Part shown: in pieces, positions 1 to 10,172 of the stretch | Numbering within the stretch: position 1 is the first letter of the stretch | How the letters are laid out: each line of letters begins with the position of its first letter | Virus record (IMG/VR): IMGVR_UViG_3300032224_000903 | Span: 25,744 to 89,743 of that record | Strand: one strand, 5' to 3' | Length of the DNA stretch: 64,000 bases | DNA from: a virus | Lineage: Duplodnaviria; Caudoviricetes | Notes under the pieces: generated by a model | Told to the model about the DNA's origin: nothing | Seen by the model: the letters and a program-made list of their open reading frames with translations, nothing else | The model's database searches: none | Made by a program: the position numbers and the translations under genes

Positions 1-663
1 TGGAAATTACATAGAATATTCTTATTGAATCAATTATATAGATTAGGGTTAGAAAATAATTTAGTTTCGTGGGAAAAAAGTTATTATAACGAAAACATGA
101 TAAATGAATTATTCAAATATGACAAAAATGAGGAATTTGCTCAACTTTTAAAAGAGACGTCAAAACATATTGACGTTGAGGACTTAGTGAATGTTAGTGG
201 ATATGGTTATGAAAATAAAGAAATGTATTTGAATACATATATCAGTATTGTCACCGAATCAATATTTTTTCAAACAGACGTAAATTATCCTACTGGATTT
301 ATATCTGAAAAGATTTGGAAACCTATTGGACATTGCCAACCGTTTATATTGGCGGGTCCTTCTAAATCATTAAGATACATTAGAGAAAGATATGGTTTTA
401 AAACATTCCATCCTTATATTGACGAGACATACGACGATATCGATGATGATATGGAAAGATTAAAATCTATACAAAAGGAAGTTGGTCGATTTAGTAAAAA
501 AACAAAAGAAGAAAAAGTTCAATTTTTAAATGATGTTAAAGAAATATGTTTTTTTAATCAAAATAAATTTTTAGAGTTTGATAAGAATTACAGAAATTCG
601 TTAGATAAAAATAATGAACTTAAATTAGTTCATTCGTTTTTAACAACGTCGTCTCTAATCTAG
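1..663 (+). CDS. Hypothetical protein, 5'-truncated (possibly glycosyltransferase-associated)
   Basis: Frame is open from base 1, so the true start lies outside the window. Contains EKIWKPIGHCQPFI and GFKTFHPYIDETYD. Confidence 0.6.
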   Translation, partial: WKLHRIFLLNQLYRLGLENNLVSWEKSYYNENMINELFKYDKNEEFAQLLKETSKHIDVEDLVNVSGYGYENKEMYLNTYISIVTESIFFQTDVNYPTGFISEKIWKPIGHCQPFILAGPSKSLRYIRERYGFKTFHPYIDETYDDIDDDMERLKSIQKEVGRFSKKTKEEKVQFLNDVKEICFFNQNKFLEFDKNYRNSLDKNNELKLVHSFLTTSSLI

Positions 664-1471
664 ATTTTATAAAATCAATTGCAATTTCAGAAAATTTCTT
701 ATATCCAAAATAACCAGGGTGAGTATCTTCAGTATAATCATGTGTTTCATCTTTAATTGTCAATTTGTGTTTATGACAAAAATGACTTGTGGTATATACG
801 TCATCTTCAATTATTAGTTGATGCTTTAAATCTAAATCCACATAAACTTCATCAAATGGATTTTTTAATTTAGTATTATCAAACATATAATAATATTGAA
901 TTCCTAATTTATCTAAAAAAGTAAATAACCCAACCAAGTCACCTTGAAATCTATTAGAATAAACAATCGGGTCATGAAAGTTATCAATATATTTTAAAAC
1001 ATCACTTTCTATTTTACCTTTAAAAAAATTATCGGAATATGGATTATCATTTGGTGAGTAAGAATAAACAACAGATAAATCACTTAATCTACCATCACTA
1101 TAATCATCATATCTAACATTCACAATTATATAGTCATTAATTTCCTTACAAAACATATCAACACGATGAATTGGGTCGGTTATCTCAAATAGGAATAATG
1201 TTTTTTTCGCATTTTCAATTCCGACTTTTTGTATATATTCATAAGTTCTTCTAATTAATCTTGGTGCGCCGGACCCGCATTGTGCATCGTGTACTAATTT
1301 ACATCCAAAATAGTCAGATATATATTTTGCATATGTTACGTCCTTTTCATTATCCCACTCAACTCCATGTGAATTTTTATATATTTCTTTAACACCAATA
1401 TTATATAAACCACCTCCCGCACTTAATGAGGAACCGTTACAGTAAATTGTGTGAATGTTTTTTAATTTCAT
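620..1471 (-). CDS. SGNH/GDSL-like hydrolase-fold protein
   Basis: N-terminal IYCNGSSLSAGGG and C-terminal DTHPGYFG. Paralog of the N-half of 1437-3197. Confidence 0.55.
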   Translation of the reverse strand: MKLKNIHTIYCNGSSLSAGGGLYNIGVKEIYKNSHGVEWDNEKDVTYAKYISDYFGCKLVHDAQCGSGAPRLIRRTYEYIQKVGIENAKKTLFLFEITDPIHRVDMFCKEINDYIIVNVRYDDYSDGRLSDLSVVYSYSPNDNPYSDNFFKGKIESDVLKYIDNFHDPIVYSNRFQGDLVGLFTFLDKLGIQYYYMFDNTKLKNPFDEVYVDLDLKHQLIIEDDVYTTSHFCHKHKLTIKDETHDYTEDTHPGYFGYKKFSEIAIDFIKSRLETTLLKTNELI

Positions 1472-3197
1472 TTAATAAATCTTTTGATAATTGTAGATGT
1501 CCTTTTTCGGATAAATGTAAATCATCTACTTTGTTATTTGTTTCTTCTAAAATTCTCATATAATTTCTATATGGTATAAAATTTTTAAAACATTCTTTTT
1601 TATGATTAATATGACTAAAGTGTTTGAATCTTAACCCAATTTTGTTTGATTCTTCTAATTTAGTTTTATTATTATCATCTGCATTTATGATTACCACTTT
1701 TAAACCTTTACTAACATCTTCTTTTATTTTTAAAACGTCAATATCGGTATTATAATCATATATAACATCACTATTTTTTCTAATTAAATCTTTCAAATCC
1801 TCATCGGCGGAACCCCATCTTGAGAAATAAATTGCCAATCTATCATCCTCTATCATTTCTTCTGACCAAATCCTATCAGGATATTTAATATCATTTTCAA
1901 CCCAAGTCCAAAAATAAACATTCTCGGTTAGTAAAAGATCTTTAATTATTTTAATGTAATTATTTATTTCTTTCCACCATACATTATATGTCATTTTATT
2001 TAATGCAATTTGATTAGTGGTATTTTTATCTACGTCGTCGTTTTGTTTTGGGTGAGGACTAAACGGCATAATGTCAACAAATTCATTCACTTCATTTGCA
2101 ATTCTAAATCTACTTTCAGTTGTCCACCCAAACACCACAATGTCGTTTTTTTGAATCTCATTATATTTTTCTAAAAATGTGTCCATTATTGTGTAGTTAG
2201 AACAACCACCTTTACCATAATTGATAACATCGACATCTAATTCAGAAGATAATACGTCCGCAAAGTTTTTAGGTGTATACCCTAATAGATTACTATATTC
2301 AACTGACCACTGACTTCCCGCAATATTATGAGATTCAAAAGACTGTGTATGTGAATCACCAAATACAAATAATTTTGGTTTTAATTTATCTGTGAGTATT
2401 TTTATAATTCTTTCAGCATATAATTTATGGCCATAATAACCAGGATGTAAATCATCGGTATACCCCTTTAAATCGTGCGATACAGTTAAACCATTAAATC
2501 CTGAAAATTGATTTATACAACTATACCCATCAAACTTTAAATCTCTATATTCTAATTTATCGTAATATTTTTGAAATGGAGTTTGGAGTGTATTGTTATC
2601 AAACATATAAAAATATTCAATATCATTAGCATCCAAAAATGAAAATAAACCGGCAAGTTCTCCTACAAATTTTTTAGTATATGTAACAGGGTTATGATAT
2701 TTTTCTAAATAGATTTTTACTTCGTTTTCAATCTCACCCTCAAAAAATTTATGATCATAATAAATTCCATCTTCGGTTGTTGTTTCTTGTATTTGAATTG
2801 ATGATATTTTACCTTCATTATCCCATTCATTATCATATCTAACATTGACAATAACGTAGTCATTTATTTTTTCACAATAAAAATCAATACGATGTACCGG
2901 ATCTGTTATTTCAAATAAGAATAATGTTTTTCTTGCATTCTCAATTCCAACTTTTTGAATATGGTTATATGTCATTCTTATTAAACGAGGAGCACCTCCA
3001 CCTGATTGTGCTTCATGTATCAATTTTGTACTAAAATGATCCGCAATATATTTTGGATATGTCACATTCTTTTCATCTCCAATATCAATATTAAGTAATC
3101 TTTTATATTCCGTTTTGTTCATTGGTACGTTCATACCCCCACCCGCAGTTAGGGAAGACCCATTTACATAAATTGTATTAAATTTCCACCATTTCAT
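1437..3197 (-). CDS. Two-domain SGNH/GDSL-like protein
   Basis: Domain 1 runs IYVNGSSL...DLHPGYYGH; domain 2 runs LFVFGDSHT...NYGKGGCSN...DDLHLSEKGH. Confidence 0.6.
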   Translation of the reverse strand: MKWWKFNTIYVNGSSLTAGGGMNVPMNKTEYKRLLNIDIGDEKNVTYPKYIADHFSTKLIHEAQSGGGAPRLIRMTYNHIQKVGIENARKTLFLFEITDPVHRIDFYCEKINDYVIVNVRYDNEWDNEGKISSIQIQETTTEDGIYYDHKFFEGEIENEVKIYLEKYHNPVTYTKKFVGELAGLFSFLDANDIEYFYMFDNNTLQTPFQKYYDKLEYRDLKFDGYSCINQFSGFNGLTVSHDLKGYTDDLHPGYYGHKLYAERIIKILTDKLKPKLFVFGDSHTQSFESHNIAGSQWSVEYSNLLGYTPKNFADVLSSELDVDVINYGKGGCSNYTIMDTFLEKYNEIQKNDIVVFGWTTESRFRIANEVNEFVDIMPFSPHPKQNDDVDKNTTNQIALNKMTYNVWWKEINNYIKIIKDLLLTENVYFWTWVENDIKYPDRIWSEEMIEDDRLAIYFSRWGSADEDLKDLIRKNSDVIYDYNTDIDVLKIKEDVSKGLKVVIINADDNNKTKLEESNKIGLRFKHFSHINHKKECFKNFIPYRNYMRILEETNNKVDDLHLSEKGHLQLSKDLLNEIKKHSHNLL

Positions 3198-3240
3198 AGT
3201 AGTTTAAATATAATTTAAATATTTATAAGAAACAAGTTTT

Positions 3241-3669
3241 GTGAGAATAATCATATCAGAAGGTCAATTAAAGAAATTAAAAAAATCCATTAAGAAGGTA
3301 AAATGTGATAAATGTGGATGGGAATGGGATTTATCCGATGGAGAAAACGACCCCTATACCTGTCACAAATGTGATCACGTTAATAAAGAACAAGAGGTTG
3401 ATGAGAGAAGTCGTAGTTTTGCATTTACAAGGAAAAAAAGAAAGTTCAGTAAACCCGAGAGAATGTCCAATCCTTTAAGATATAAAGAAAGTGATAGAAT
3501 TGAGGAAGAAAAACCTTTAACAAATAAACAAGTTAAAAGTATTGAAGATCTTAATAAGGACGCTAAATTCCTGACTTGTAAGAATTGTAGAAAGAAGTTC
3601 ACTCAAACAACACACAAAAACAAGAAGTCTTTACCAATTTGTCCTTATTGTGGGACACATAATAACTAA
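3241..3669 (+). CDS. Zn-ribbon-containing phage protein
   Basis: GTG start, CxxC pairs (CDKC/CHKC, CKNC/CPYC), N-terminal IISEGQLKKL motif. Confidence 0.7.
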   Translation: MRIIISEGQLKKLKKSIKKVKCDKCGWEWDLSDGENDPYTCHKCDHVNKEQEVDERSRSFAFTRKKRKFSKPERMSNPLRYKESDRIEEEKPLTNKQVKSIEDLNKDAKFLTCKNCRKKFTQTTHKNKKSLPICPYCGTHNN

Positions 3670-3709
3670 TATAATTAAAATAGAATTATACAAATATTTT
3701 TATAATTTT

Positions 3710-3740
3710 TTTGGATATTCCAATAATATCTATATCTTTG
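3710..3740 (+). promoter_or_regulatory. Bacteroidota housekeeping-sigma promoter
   Basis: TTTG (3710-3713), 19 nt spacer, TATCTTTG (3733-3740), upstream of ATG 3760. Confidence 0.65.
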
Positions 3741-3759
3741 TAGTCTAAATTAAAAAACT

Positions 3760-4224
3760 ATGAAAAAAGTATTATTGTTAGTATTAGTTACCCTATCGAC
3801 GTTATGTGGATATTCTCAAGACACAAAACAGTTAATTAAAAGCACTTTTAATGGTGAACTTAAAAATGATCAATTTTGTAAAAATGGTTATTATTTTATT
3901 ACTGTTGACACGGTATTAAAGAAGAATATAATTGAAAACGGTCAATTGGTGTCTACTTTTGACTATAACGAATACAATAAAAAAAGTGACGTAACTTATA
4001 ATGTTAATGAAATAATGAAATATTTTGGGTTTAATGAATATTATAACTTAAAAGAATTTAAAAATATCCAAACAACAATATTTGGTTTATCAAAAATACA
4101 TATAAGTGCATTATCAGATAAAAACGGATATACCTATTTAATTGATTGGTGGTTTTCTGAGGGAAATGATTATACTAAACTAAAAGGAGTTACAATTAGT
4201 AAGGTAAATAAAAAGGAGAGTTAA
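3760..4224 (+). CDS. Secreted hypothetical protein
   Basis: Signal peptide MKKVLLLVLVTLSTLCGYS|Q. Confidence 0.7.
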   Translation: MKKVLLLVLVTLSTLCGYSQDTKQLIKSTFNGELKNDQFCKNGYYFITVDTVLKKNIIENGQLVSTFDYNEYNKKSDVTYNVNEIMKYFGFNEYYNLKEFKNIQTTIFGLSKIHISALSDKNGYTYLIDWWFSEGNDYTKLKGVTISKVNKKES

Positions 4225-4237
4225 ACTCTCCTTTTTT
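4210..4237. terminator. Bidirectional intrinsic terminator
   Basis: AAAAAGGAGAG-TTAAA-CTCTCCTTTTT between convergent genes. Confidence 0.8.
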
Positions 4238-5022
4238 TATTTTTGTGGTTGTTGACCTTGTTGATTTGGTTGTTGTTTTCCTGTAATGGAATCTAATTCA
4301 CGAACATAATTATAAATTTCATTTTGTTGTTCTTTTACTTTTTGTTCTCTAGCATATGACATAAGAGATTCTCTTAAGTTATTTAAAATATTAGGTTGTG
4401 CACGAGAAATTAAATCATATGCGGCCTTAATATTTTGTCCCATACCATAATATAATCGTAAAAATAATCTGGATAGTTTATCAATGTCACTTGTGTTATC
4501 ATTAGAAATTTCAAATTTACTAATAACTCCTTGATTTTTATTTAATTTTTGTAAAGCCGTTTCTATTGAATCTTCGTACAATTCAACAAAAAACGATCTT
4601 TCTCCTCGTTGAAATGTTGAATCTTGAATATAATTTACAGTAAAACTTAATCCCGATTTTACATCATCCCATTTTCTTTGATAATGATCCGCATCATATT
4701 TGCTGGTAAATCTATCATCACCTGCCATATTACGATTATATTTATATGGTTTTAATCCATCCCCATTTACTGTAATTATTTGAGTTGGGTTTAACTTACT
4801 AACAAATATGAATATTTTTTTAGATATATTTTCCAAGATTTCCTTAACTATATAATCATTTTTAGTCATTTTCAATGGAGCAATTGAATAATGTTTTGTA
4901 TTATCTTTTGGTGCCGGTTGATTTGTTGTTTGACCGTTAGATGGAGCCGTTTGTTCTTGGATAACCTTATTAATCATCAATCTTAATTGGGATTCCGTTA
5001 ATCTTACTACTTTTTTAGACAT
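4237..5022 (-). CDS. Hypothetical phage protein
   Basis: N-terminal VRLTESQLRLMINKVIQEQ motif; Gln-rich C-terminus. Confidence 0.75.
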   Translation of the reverse strand: MSKKVVRLTESQLRLMINKVIQEQTAPSNGQTTNQPAPKDNTKHYSIAPLKMTKNDYIVKEILENISKKIFIFVSKLNPTQIITVNGDGLKPYKYNRNMAGDDRFTSKYDADHYQRKWDDVKSGLSFTVNYIQDSTFQRGERSFFVELYEDSIETALQKLNKNQGVISKFEISNDNTSDIDKLSRLFLRLYYGMGQNIKAAYDLISRAQPNILNNLRESLMSYAREQKVKEQQNEIYNYVRELDSITGKQQPNQQGQQPQK

Positions 5023-5083
5023 AAATCTTTTAATATATAAATACTATTGTTTTTATAAATGTATTTATAATAAAAGAAAAATT

Positions 5084-5926
5084 ATGCTATTAAAATTAGG
5101 ATCTGAAGGAGAAGACGTAAAAAAACTTCAAATTAAGTTAGGGGTTGACCCAATAGGTAAGTTTGGACCAAAAACCGAAGCGGCGGTTAAAACTTGGCAA
5201 TCGTCAAATGGTTTAACGGCTGACGGTATTGTTGGGGATGGGTCTTGGTCTAAATTATTTGCTGAAAGTACCGTATCAGTACCCACGGTTATTACCGAAC
5301 CTGCACCCGTTAAAAGTGTAGGTGGATTAAAATTAGAAGCATTAAGAGGACATGTTCCTGACGCTGTGATAGCTCAAATTCCCGATACTGCTGCTAAATT
5401 TGAAATTAATACTCCATTAAGACTTGCACATTTTTTAGCACAATGTGGTCATGAAAGTGGTGGATTTAGACTAACAAAAGAAAATTTAAACTATTCCGCT
5501 AAGGGATTAGTAGGAACATTTAATAAGTATTTTAAAACGGAGGCGGACGCTAAACCGTACGAAAGACAACCTCAAAAAATTGCAAATAGAGTTTATGGTG
5601 GAAGAATGGGTAACGGTCCTGAGTCTTCAGGTGACGGTGCTAAATTCTGTGGACGTGGTTATATTCAATTAACAGGTAAAGATAACTACACCGCGTTCGG
5701 TAAATCAATTAATGAAGATATGTCGGCCAATCCCGATAAAGTTGCTTCATCTTATGCTTTATTATCTGCGGCTTGGTTTTTTAATAAGAACGGATTACAT
5801 AAAATGGCAGATGGTGGATCATCTGATGCTGTTGTAACATCTATAACTAAAAGAGTAAATGGTGGAACAATAGGTCTTGCAGATCGTATTAAACACTTTA
5901 AAGAATATTATTCATTACTATCATAA
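5084..5926 (+). CDS. Endolysin: peptidoglycan-binding domain plus GH19 lysozyme/chitinase-like domain
   Basis: PG_binding_1-like G.FGPKTEAAVK.WQ..NGL.ADGIVG; GH19 motifs AHFLAQCGHESGG, GRGYIQLTGKDNY, ITKRVNGG. Confidence 0.9.
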   Translation: MLLKLGSEGEDVKKLQIKLGVDPIGKFGPKTEAAVKTWQSSNGLTADGIVGDGSWSKLFAESTVSVPTVITEPAPVKSVGGLKLEALRGHVPDAVIAQIPDTAAKFEINTPLRLAHFLAQCGHESGGFRLTKENLNYSAKGLVGTFNKYFKTEADAKPYERQPQKIANRVYGGRMGNGPESSGDGAKFCGRGYIQLTGKDNYTAFGKSINEDMSANPDKVASSYALLSAAWFFNKNGLHKMADGGSSDAVVTSITKRVNGGTIGLADRIKHFKEYYSLLS

Positions 5927-5953
5927 AAAAAGGGACATTAAGTCCCTTTTTTT
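5925..5953. terminator. Bidirectional intrinsic terminator
   Basis: AAAAAAAGGGAC-ATTAA-GTCCCTTTTTTT. Confidence 0.8.
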
Positions 5954-5955
5954 AT

Positions 5956-7590
5956 TTAATACATTTCTTTTATATCTACGTCTGTTTCTGGATTTAAATC
6001 CGTAAATCTACGTGAATCGTCGTCATCATTTTCTTCATCCTTAGGATGCATTTTAGTACCCTCTAATTCTGACCATTGTTTAGCACCTATAAAGTGACCA
6101 CCAGCTAATTCATTATCCTCGTCAATTGGATAAACACAATATAAAGAACGATTATCAATTGGACCATTTTCACCTACCACATATGTCTCAACTAAATATG
6201 ATTTATCTTGGTCATCAACATATAAAATAGTTGAGGATTCTGTGTAATCAGGTTCAAATTTAATACCATCATGAATAACCCAATCTACTTTAGCTAAATT
6301 GTAAAGACCAAATTTCTTCTTATTCTTTTTGCTTTTATATAATCTAATTTTAGGATTATCAATACTTGTTCTAGCCGTGATAAATTCATTTTCCATTAAA
6401 TGTTGATAAATGAATGCAACACCTAAATCCGATAAACTTTGATTAGAGATTCTTCCGTTTTGATCCTGTCTTGATCCGACAGATTTAAGAGTATTATCTA
6501 ATAATCTAAATTCATTACCTGTTTTTTTAATTGCGGACATTAATTCATAAGATGAAAATTTATCAACAGCATCTCTGGCAGTTACTGTTAAAATATATAA
6601 ATTCCTAAGATTGGTGTCCATACTCTTCCAAGATTTCTCAGTTGATACTACACCACCACCATCTAAATAAGCCTTTTTTAATTCTCTTCTCGCTGCGGCA
6701 AATTCATTTCTACCTGAGGATTCCGTAAGTCTATTTGCCATGTTTCTATCAAATAACTCAGCCTCATCGTATGCCACATATTCAAACTTATCTCTATGTT
6801 CAGCTAATTGTGGATATATTCTAATAACTTCTTCCCATGATTTAGGATTATCACCATCATTTAACATGCTAGTCATTTTAAATCCTGTATAACCATGATC
6901 ACGTTCACAATATTGTAATGCACAGACATAGTATCTATAAACATCCTTGTTAGGATTATCTTTAGGATTTTTAGATTCGTCAATAACAAACCAAAACGTT
7001 CTTTTTGGTCTATAGGTTCCCCATAAATTGGAACGAGAATCTGACGTATTTCTACCCGTTACACACCATTGAACACCTGAATATTTTTCCGCCATTGCTT
7101 GTTGGTAAAAACCATATTTAATGGATTCTCTGGCGTCGGATACAAAGTGAACTTTAAAACCTTCTTCATTAATAACAACATCTCTATCACTTAACCATAA
7201 TTTCTTAGATGCTGATACCTTCTTTTCGTCAGATGTTAATTTACCTTTAAATTCGTCCTCATCTCCCGCAGTTAATACTGCATCTCTAAATTCATGTAAT
7301 AAAGATTCAATTTCTTCTAATGAGTATTGACTAATATCCATTAATTTAGATTGGTCAAAAACGGGTAATCCATGATTACCGTCGTGTCTCATTAAAAAAG
7401 TATAAACCGCAGGATTATTAATGGTTAAACTTTTTTGTTTTTCCGTAAATAATATTAAATCAGCCTCGGCTTGTTGTATTTGTTCAGGAGTTGGATTATC
7501 ACCAAACCATTTCTTTAATAGAAAATTAAATAATTTCTTATTCTTTACCTCTTCTACTATAACGTCATAAACTAAATCTTGTATGTTCAT
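5956..7590 (-). CDS. Hypothetical phage protein (544 aa)
   Basis: Long ORF with an acidic C-terminus; no family recognised. Confidence 0.75.
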   Translation of the reverse strand: MNIQDLVYDVIVEEVKNKKLFNFLLKKWFGDNPTPEQIQQAEADLILFTEKQKSLTINNPAVYTFLMRHDGNHGLPVFDQSKLMDISQYSLEEIESLLHEFRDAVLTAGDEDEFKGKLTSDEKKVSASKKLWLSDRDVVINEEGFKVHFVSDARESIKYGFYQQAMAEKYSGVQWCVTGRNTSDSRSNLWGTYRPKRTFWFVIDESKNPKDNPNKDVYRYYVCALQYCERDHGYTGFKMTSMLNDGDNPKSWEEVIRIYPQLAEHRDKFEYVAYDEAELFDRNMANRLTESSGRNEFAAARRELKKAYLDGGGVVSTEKSWKSMDTNLRNLYILTVTARDAVDKFSSYELMSAIKKTGNEFRLLDNTLKSVGSRQDQNGRISNQSLSDLGVAFIYQHLMENEFITARTSIDNPKIRLYKSKKNKKKFGLYNLAKVDWVIHDGIKFEPDYTESSTILYVDDQDKSYLVETYVVGENGPIDNRSLYCVYPIDEDNELAGGHFIGAKQWSELEGTKMHPKDEENDDDDSRRFTDLNPETDVDIKEMY

Positions 7591-7641
7591 ACTACATAAA
7601 TATATAATAAATACCTTTTTATTAACTTAAAAACGGGTATA

Positions 7642-7995
7642 TTATTGAGATATGAACATATCTGAACTTGTTAGATTTTTTTTAAGGGTAGATAATTCGT
7701 CGGTAACCGATTTTAATAACCTTTCAATCATAAGAACTTTCATTAAACTATCGGCGTCAGTTGTACTAACGTCATTAGTTTGACCACCAAAAAGAGCTAA
7801 TTTTATTAAACTATCGGTTTCACTCTTGGATTGTTTCTCTTTTTTTCTTTGAAAATACTTTCTTGAATTCTCTCTTGTGCAGTCAATACAATAATTGCTA
7901 TGACCATCTAAAACCAATTTGTTCTTGTAAAAATTGTCAAGTGTTTTCGGTGTTTTACAACCCGAACATCTCTTCTCATTTTTCTCTTCTGACAT
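7642..7995 (-). CDS. Zn-finger protein resembling the N-terminal domain of phage HNH proteins
   Basis: RCSGCKTPK...YCIDC; no HNH catalytic motif follows. Confidence 0.65.
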   Translation of the reverse strand: MSEEKNEKRCSGCKTPKTLDNFYKNKLVLDGHSNYCIDCTRENSRKYFQRKKEKQSKSETDSLIKLALFGGQTNDVSTTDADSLMKVLMIERLLKSVTDELSTLKKNLTSSDMFISQ

Positions 7996-8018
7996 AAATC
8001 TATTTTTTGATTAAGACA

Positions 8019-8051
8019 CAAAGGTAATGTATATTAAAAGAAAAACCCAAA
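8019..8051 (-). promoter_or_regulatory. Bacteroidota housekeeping-sigma promoter
   Basis: Minus strand TTTG, 21 nt spacer, TACCTTTG, upstream of start 7995. Confidence 0.6.
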
Positions 8052-8100
8052 TATCATAAAAAATATTTGGGTATAACTTATATTATATTATATTTTAATA

Positions 8101-8403
8101 TTAATTATATTTTATATTTGCACTTTTTGGATTTTTTGGATTAGGACCCCAAATTTCTGGTTGACCATTTTTAATTGTTACAAATACACCAGTCCCAACA
8201 GGAACATTTACTTTTAATTTTACATTGTAATATTTTACATTATTCATTTCGGATGTCGCTTTGACTTTGGCAATTCCGTTGTTGATTGTAACAATTTTAC
8301 CTTCATAAGATTCCGTTGTTTGTTCTTGTAAATCCTTATTATCTGTGATTTGATTATCAATAATCTTCTTAATTTGACTTTCTGTGAATATATATTTTTT
8401 CAT
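8101..8403 (-). CDS. Hypothetical phage protein
   Basis: N-terminal KKYIFTESQIKKII motif. Confidence 0.7.
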   Translation of the reverse strand: MKKYIFTESQIKKIIDNQITDNKDLQEQTTESYEGKIVTINNGIAKVKATSEMNNVKYYNVKLKVNVPVGTGVFVTIKNGQPEIWGPNPKNPKSANIKYN

Positions 8404-8404
8404 A

Positions 8405-8734
8405 CTATTTTGTTTTTGGTGTTCTTGGTTTTTTTATGATCGTTGTTTCCAACTTGTCATTTTCAACCCTAAGAAAATCAACCGTAACTTTAAGTTCAGC
8501 CACTTGACGAGTTAAATCTAACACCATTCTTCTTAAATCATCCTTTTCTTTTGCGGCAGATTCTAATAAAGCTTCTAATTTAGAGATACGATCTTTACAG
8601 TCATGTCTAATAAAGTCTTCGTCTCTTTCCTTATGCATTGCTCTTTTCTCATAGAATCTCCAAGCACTTGCCGATCCTAAAACGGTAACTACTGTACCTA
8701 AAACCGCCCAAAGGGTATTAATATCTGCTGCCAT
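8405..8734 (-). CDS. Single-TM coiled-coil membrane protein (holin-like architecture)
   Basis: Hydrophobic LWAVLGTVVTVLGSASAW followed by a heptad-rich region. Confidence 0.6.
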   Translation of the reverse strand: MAADINTLWAVLGTVVTVLGSASAWRFYEKRAMHKERDEDFIRHDCKDRISKLEALLESAAKEKDDLRRMVLDLTRQVAELKVTVDFLRVENDKLETTIIKKPRTPKTK

Positions 8735-8955
8735 AGTTCTTATAAATATAAAAATAAAAATAAAAATTAACTTTTCAGGGTTTATTGGTCCAATAATGGG
8801 AAAAAATTTTTACCTGACAAATAGACACCCTATTTTTAGGTGTTTTTACAATATATAACTTATTTATTTTTGTTGTCGGGGGACAAAATAAACTAATATA
8901 AATTAATATACGGGAGATTTCACAAACTCCCCTTTTTTATGTATATTATACAATT

Positions 8956-9624
8956 ATGATTATCTATTCAAATGGTTGTTCACATACACACGTACATTGT
9001 GTTGAGAAAGATGAAATATGGTCAAGTTTAATAATGAAACATTTTACCAATGACTATTTTATGTTTATATCCAGTACAAATTCATTTAATTTGAGCGATA
9101 CTGATAAGAAAAACATATTAATAAACGAATCGAGATGTGGTGCAGGTAATGATCATATTTTTCATAGAACATTAGAAACGTTAACATATTTGATACAAAA
9201 TAATAAAAAGCCAGATTATGTTTTGATACAATGGTCAGGTCCGAATAGAAGACAACATTGTTTACCTAATGGAGAAATGAAAAATGTAAATTTACACGAT
9301 AATATAGAATATCATGTTAAATTTGAACCAATGGGTAGTTTACATACATTACATTATATTTTTTCATTACAAGAATTTTTAAAAAAAGAAAATATAAAAT
9401 ATTGTTTTTTTAATTATATGGAGTTAGATAAATCAATAAAATATAATTCAATTTATAATGAAATAGATATGGATAATTTTATTGATTTTGGATTAGGTAA
9501 AAACATTTTAACTACGGGGATATTGGAAATGATGAAAGAAAAGGGATTTAGTTGTGACGACCTCGGACATCCAAATAAAAAGGGTAATGAATTTATTGCA
9601 AATGAAATATTAAAAAAATTATGA
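8956..9624 (+). CDS. SGNH/GDSL-like protein
   Basis: IYSNGCSHT...GAGND...DLGHPNKKGN. Confidence 0.55.
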   Translation: MIIYSNGCSHTHVHCVEKDEIWSSLIMKHFTNDYFMFISSTNSFNLSDTDKKNILINESRCGAGNDHIFHRTLETLTYLIQNNKKPDYVLIQWSGPNRRQHCLPNGEMKNVNLHDNIEYHVKFEPMGSLHTLHYIFSLQEFLKKENIKYCFFNYMELDKSIKYNSIYNEIDMDNFIDFGLGKNILTTGILEMMKEKGFSCDDLGHPNKKGNEFIANEILKKL

Positions 9625-10172
9625 GTAAGATAATTAACTTTTTCGGTGGTCCTGGCATAGGTAAATCCACACAAGCATCAGGTTTATTTACCGAGATGAA
9701 AAAACACCATATGAGTGTTGAATATACATATGAGTTTCCAAAAGAAGTTGCGTGGGAAGGAAATGTATCTCAATTAAAAGACCAATTCTTCATCACCGCA
9801 AATCAACATAGAAACATTAGTCGTCTTTATGGTAAGGTAGATTATATTATTGTTGATTCACCTATAGTATTGGGTTGTTTCTACGAACAACGATATGGTG
9901 AAGGTTATCCAGCATCACACTACTCAATGTCAGGTTTAAGTAATTTCCTTTGGTCTTTATTTAAGAGATATGACAACATAAACATATTACTAAAAAGAAA
10001 TGATGAGACATATGATACAAATGGTAGACTTCAGGACCTACAGGAAGCTATTGAAATTGATGAGGACATTAAACAAACATTGGATGTTAATAACATACCT
10101 TATAGTGAATTTATTGTTCATAATAACACTGCTTTGGAGATTTACGAGTATTTAAAAGAAAGCAATTTATGA
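9621..10172 (+). CDS. P-loop kinase, NadR/AAA_28-like nucleoside-monophosphate kinase
   Basis: Walker A GGPGIGKST; IIVDSP; GRLQ lid motif. Confidence 0.75.
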   Translation: MSKIINFFGGPGIGKSTQASGLFTEMKKHHMSVEYTYEFPKEVAWEGNVSQLKDQFFITANQHRNISRLYGKVDYIIVDSPIVLGCFYEQRYGEGYPASHYSMSGLSNFLWSLFKRYDNINILLKRNDETYDTNGRLQDLQEAIEIDEDIKQTLDVNNIPYSEFIVHNNTALEIYEYLKESNL

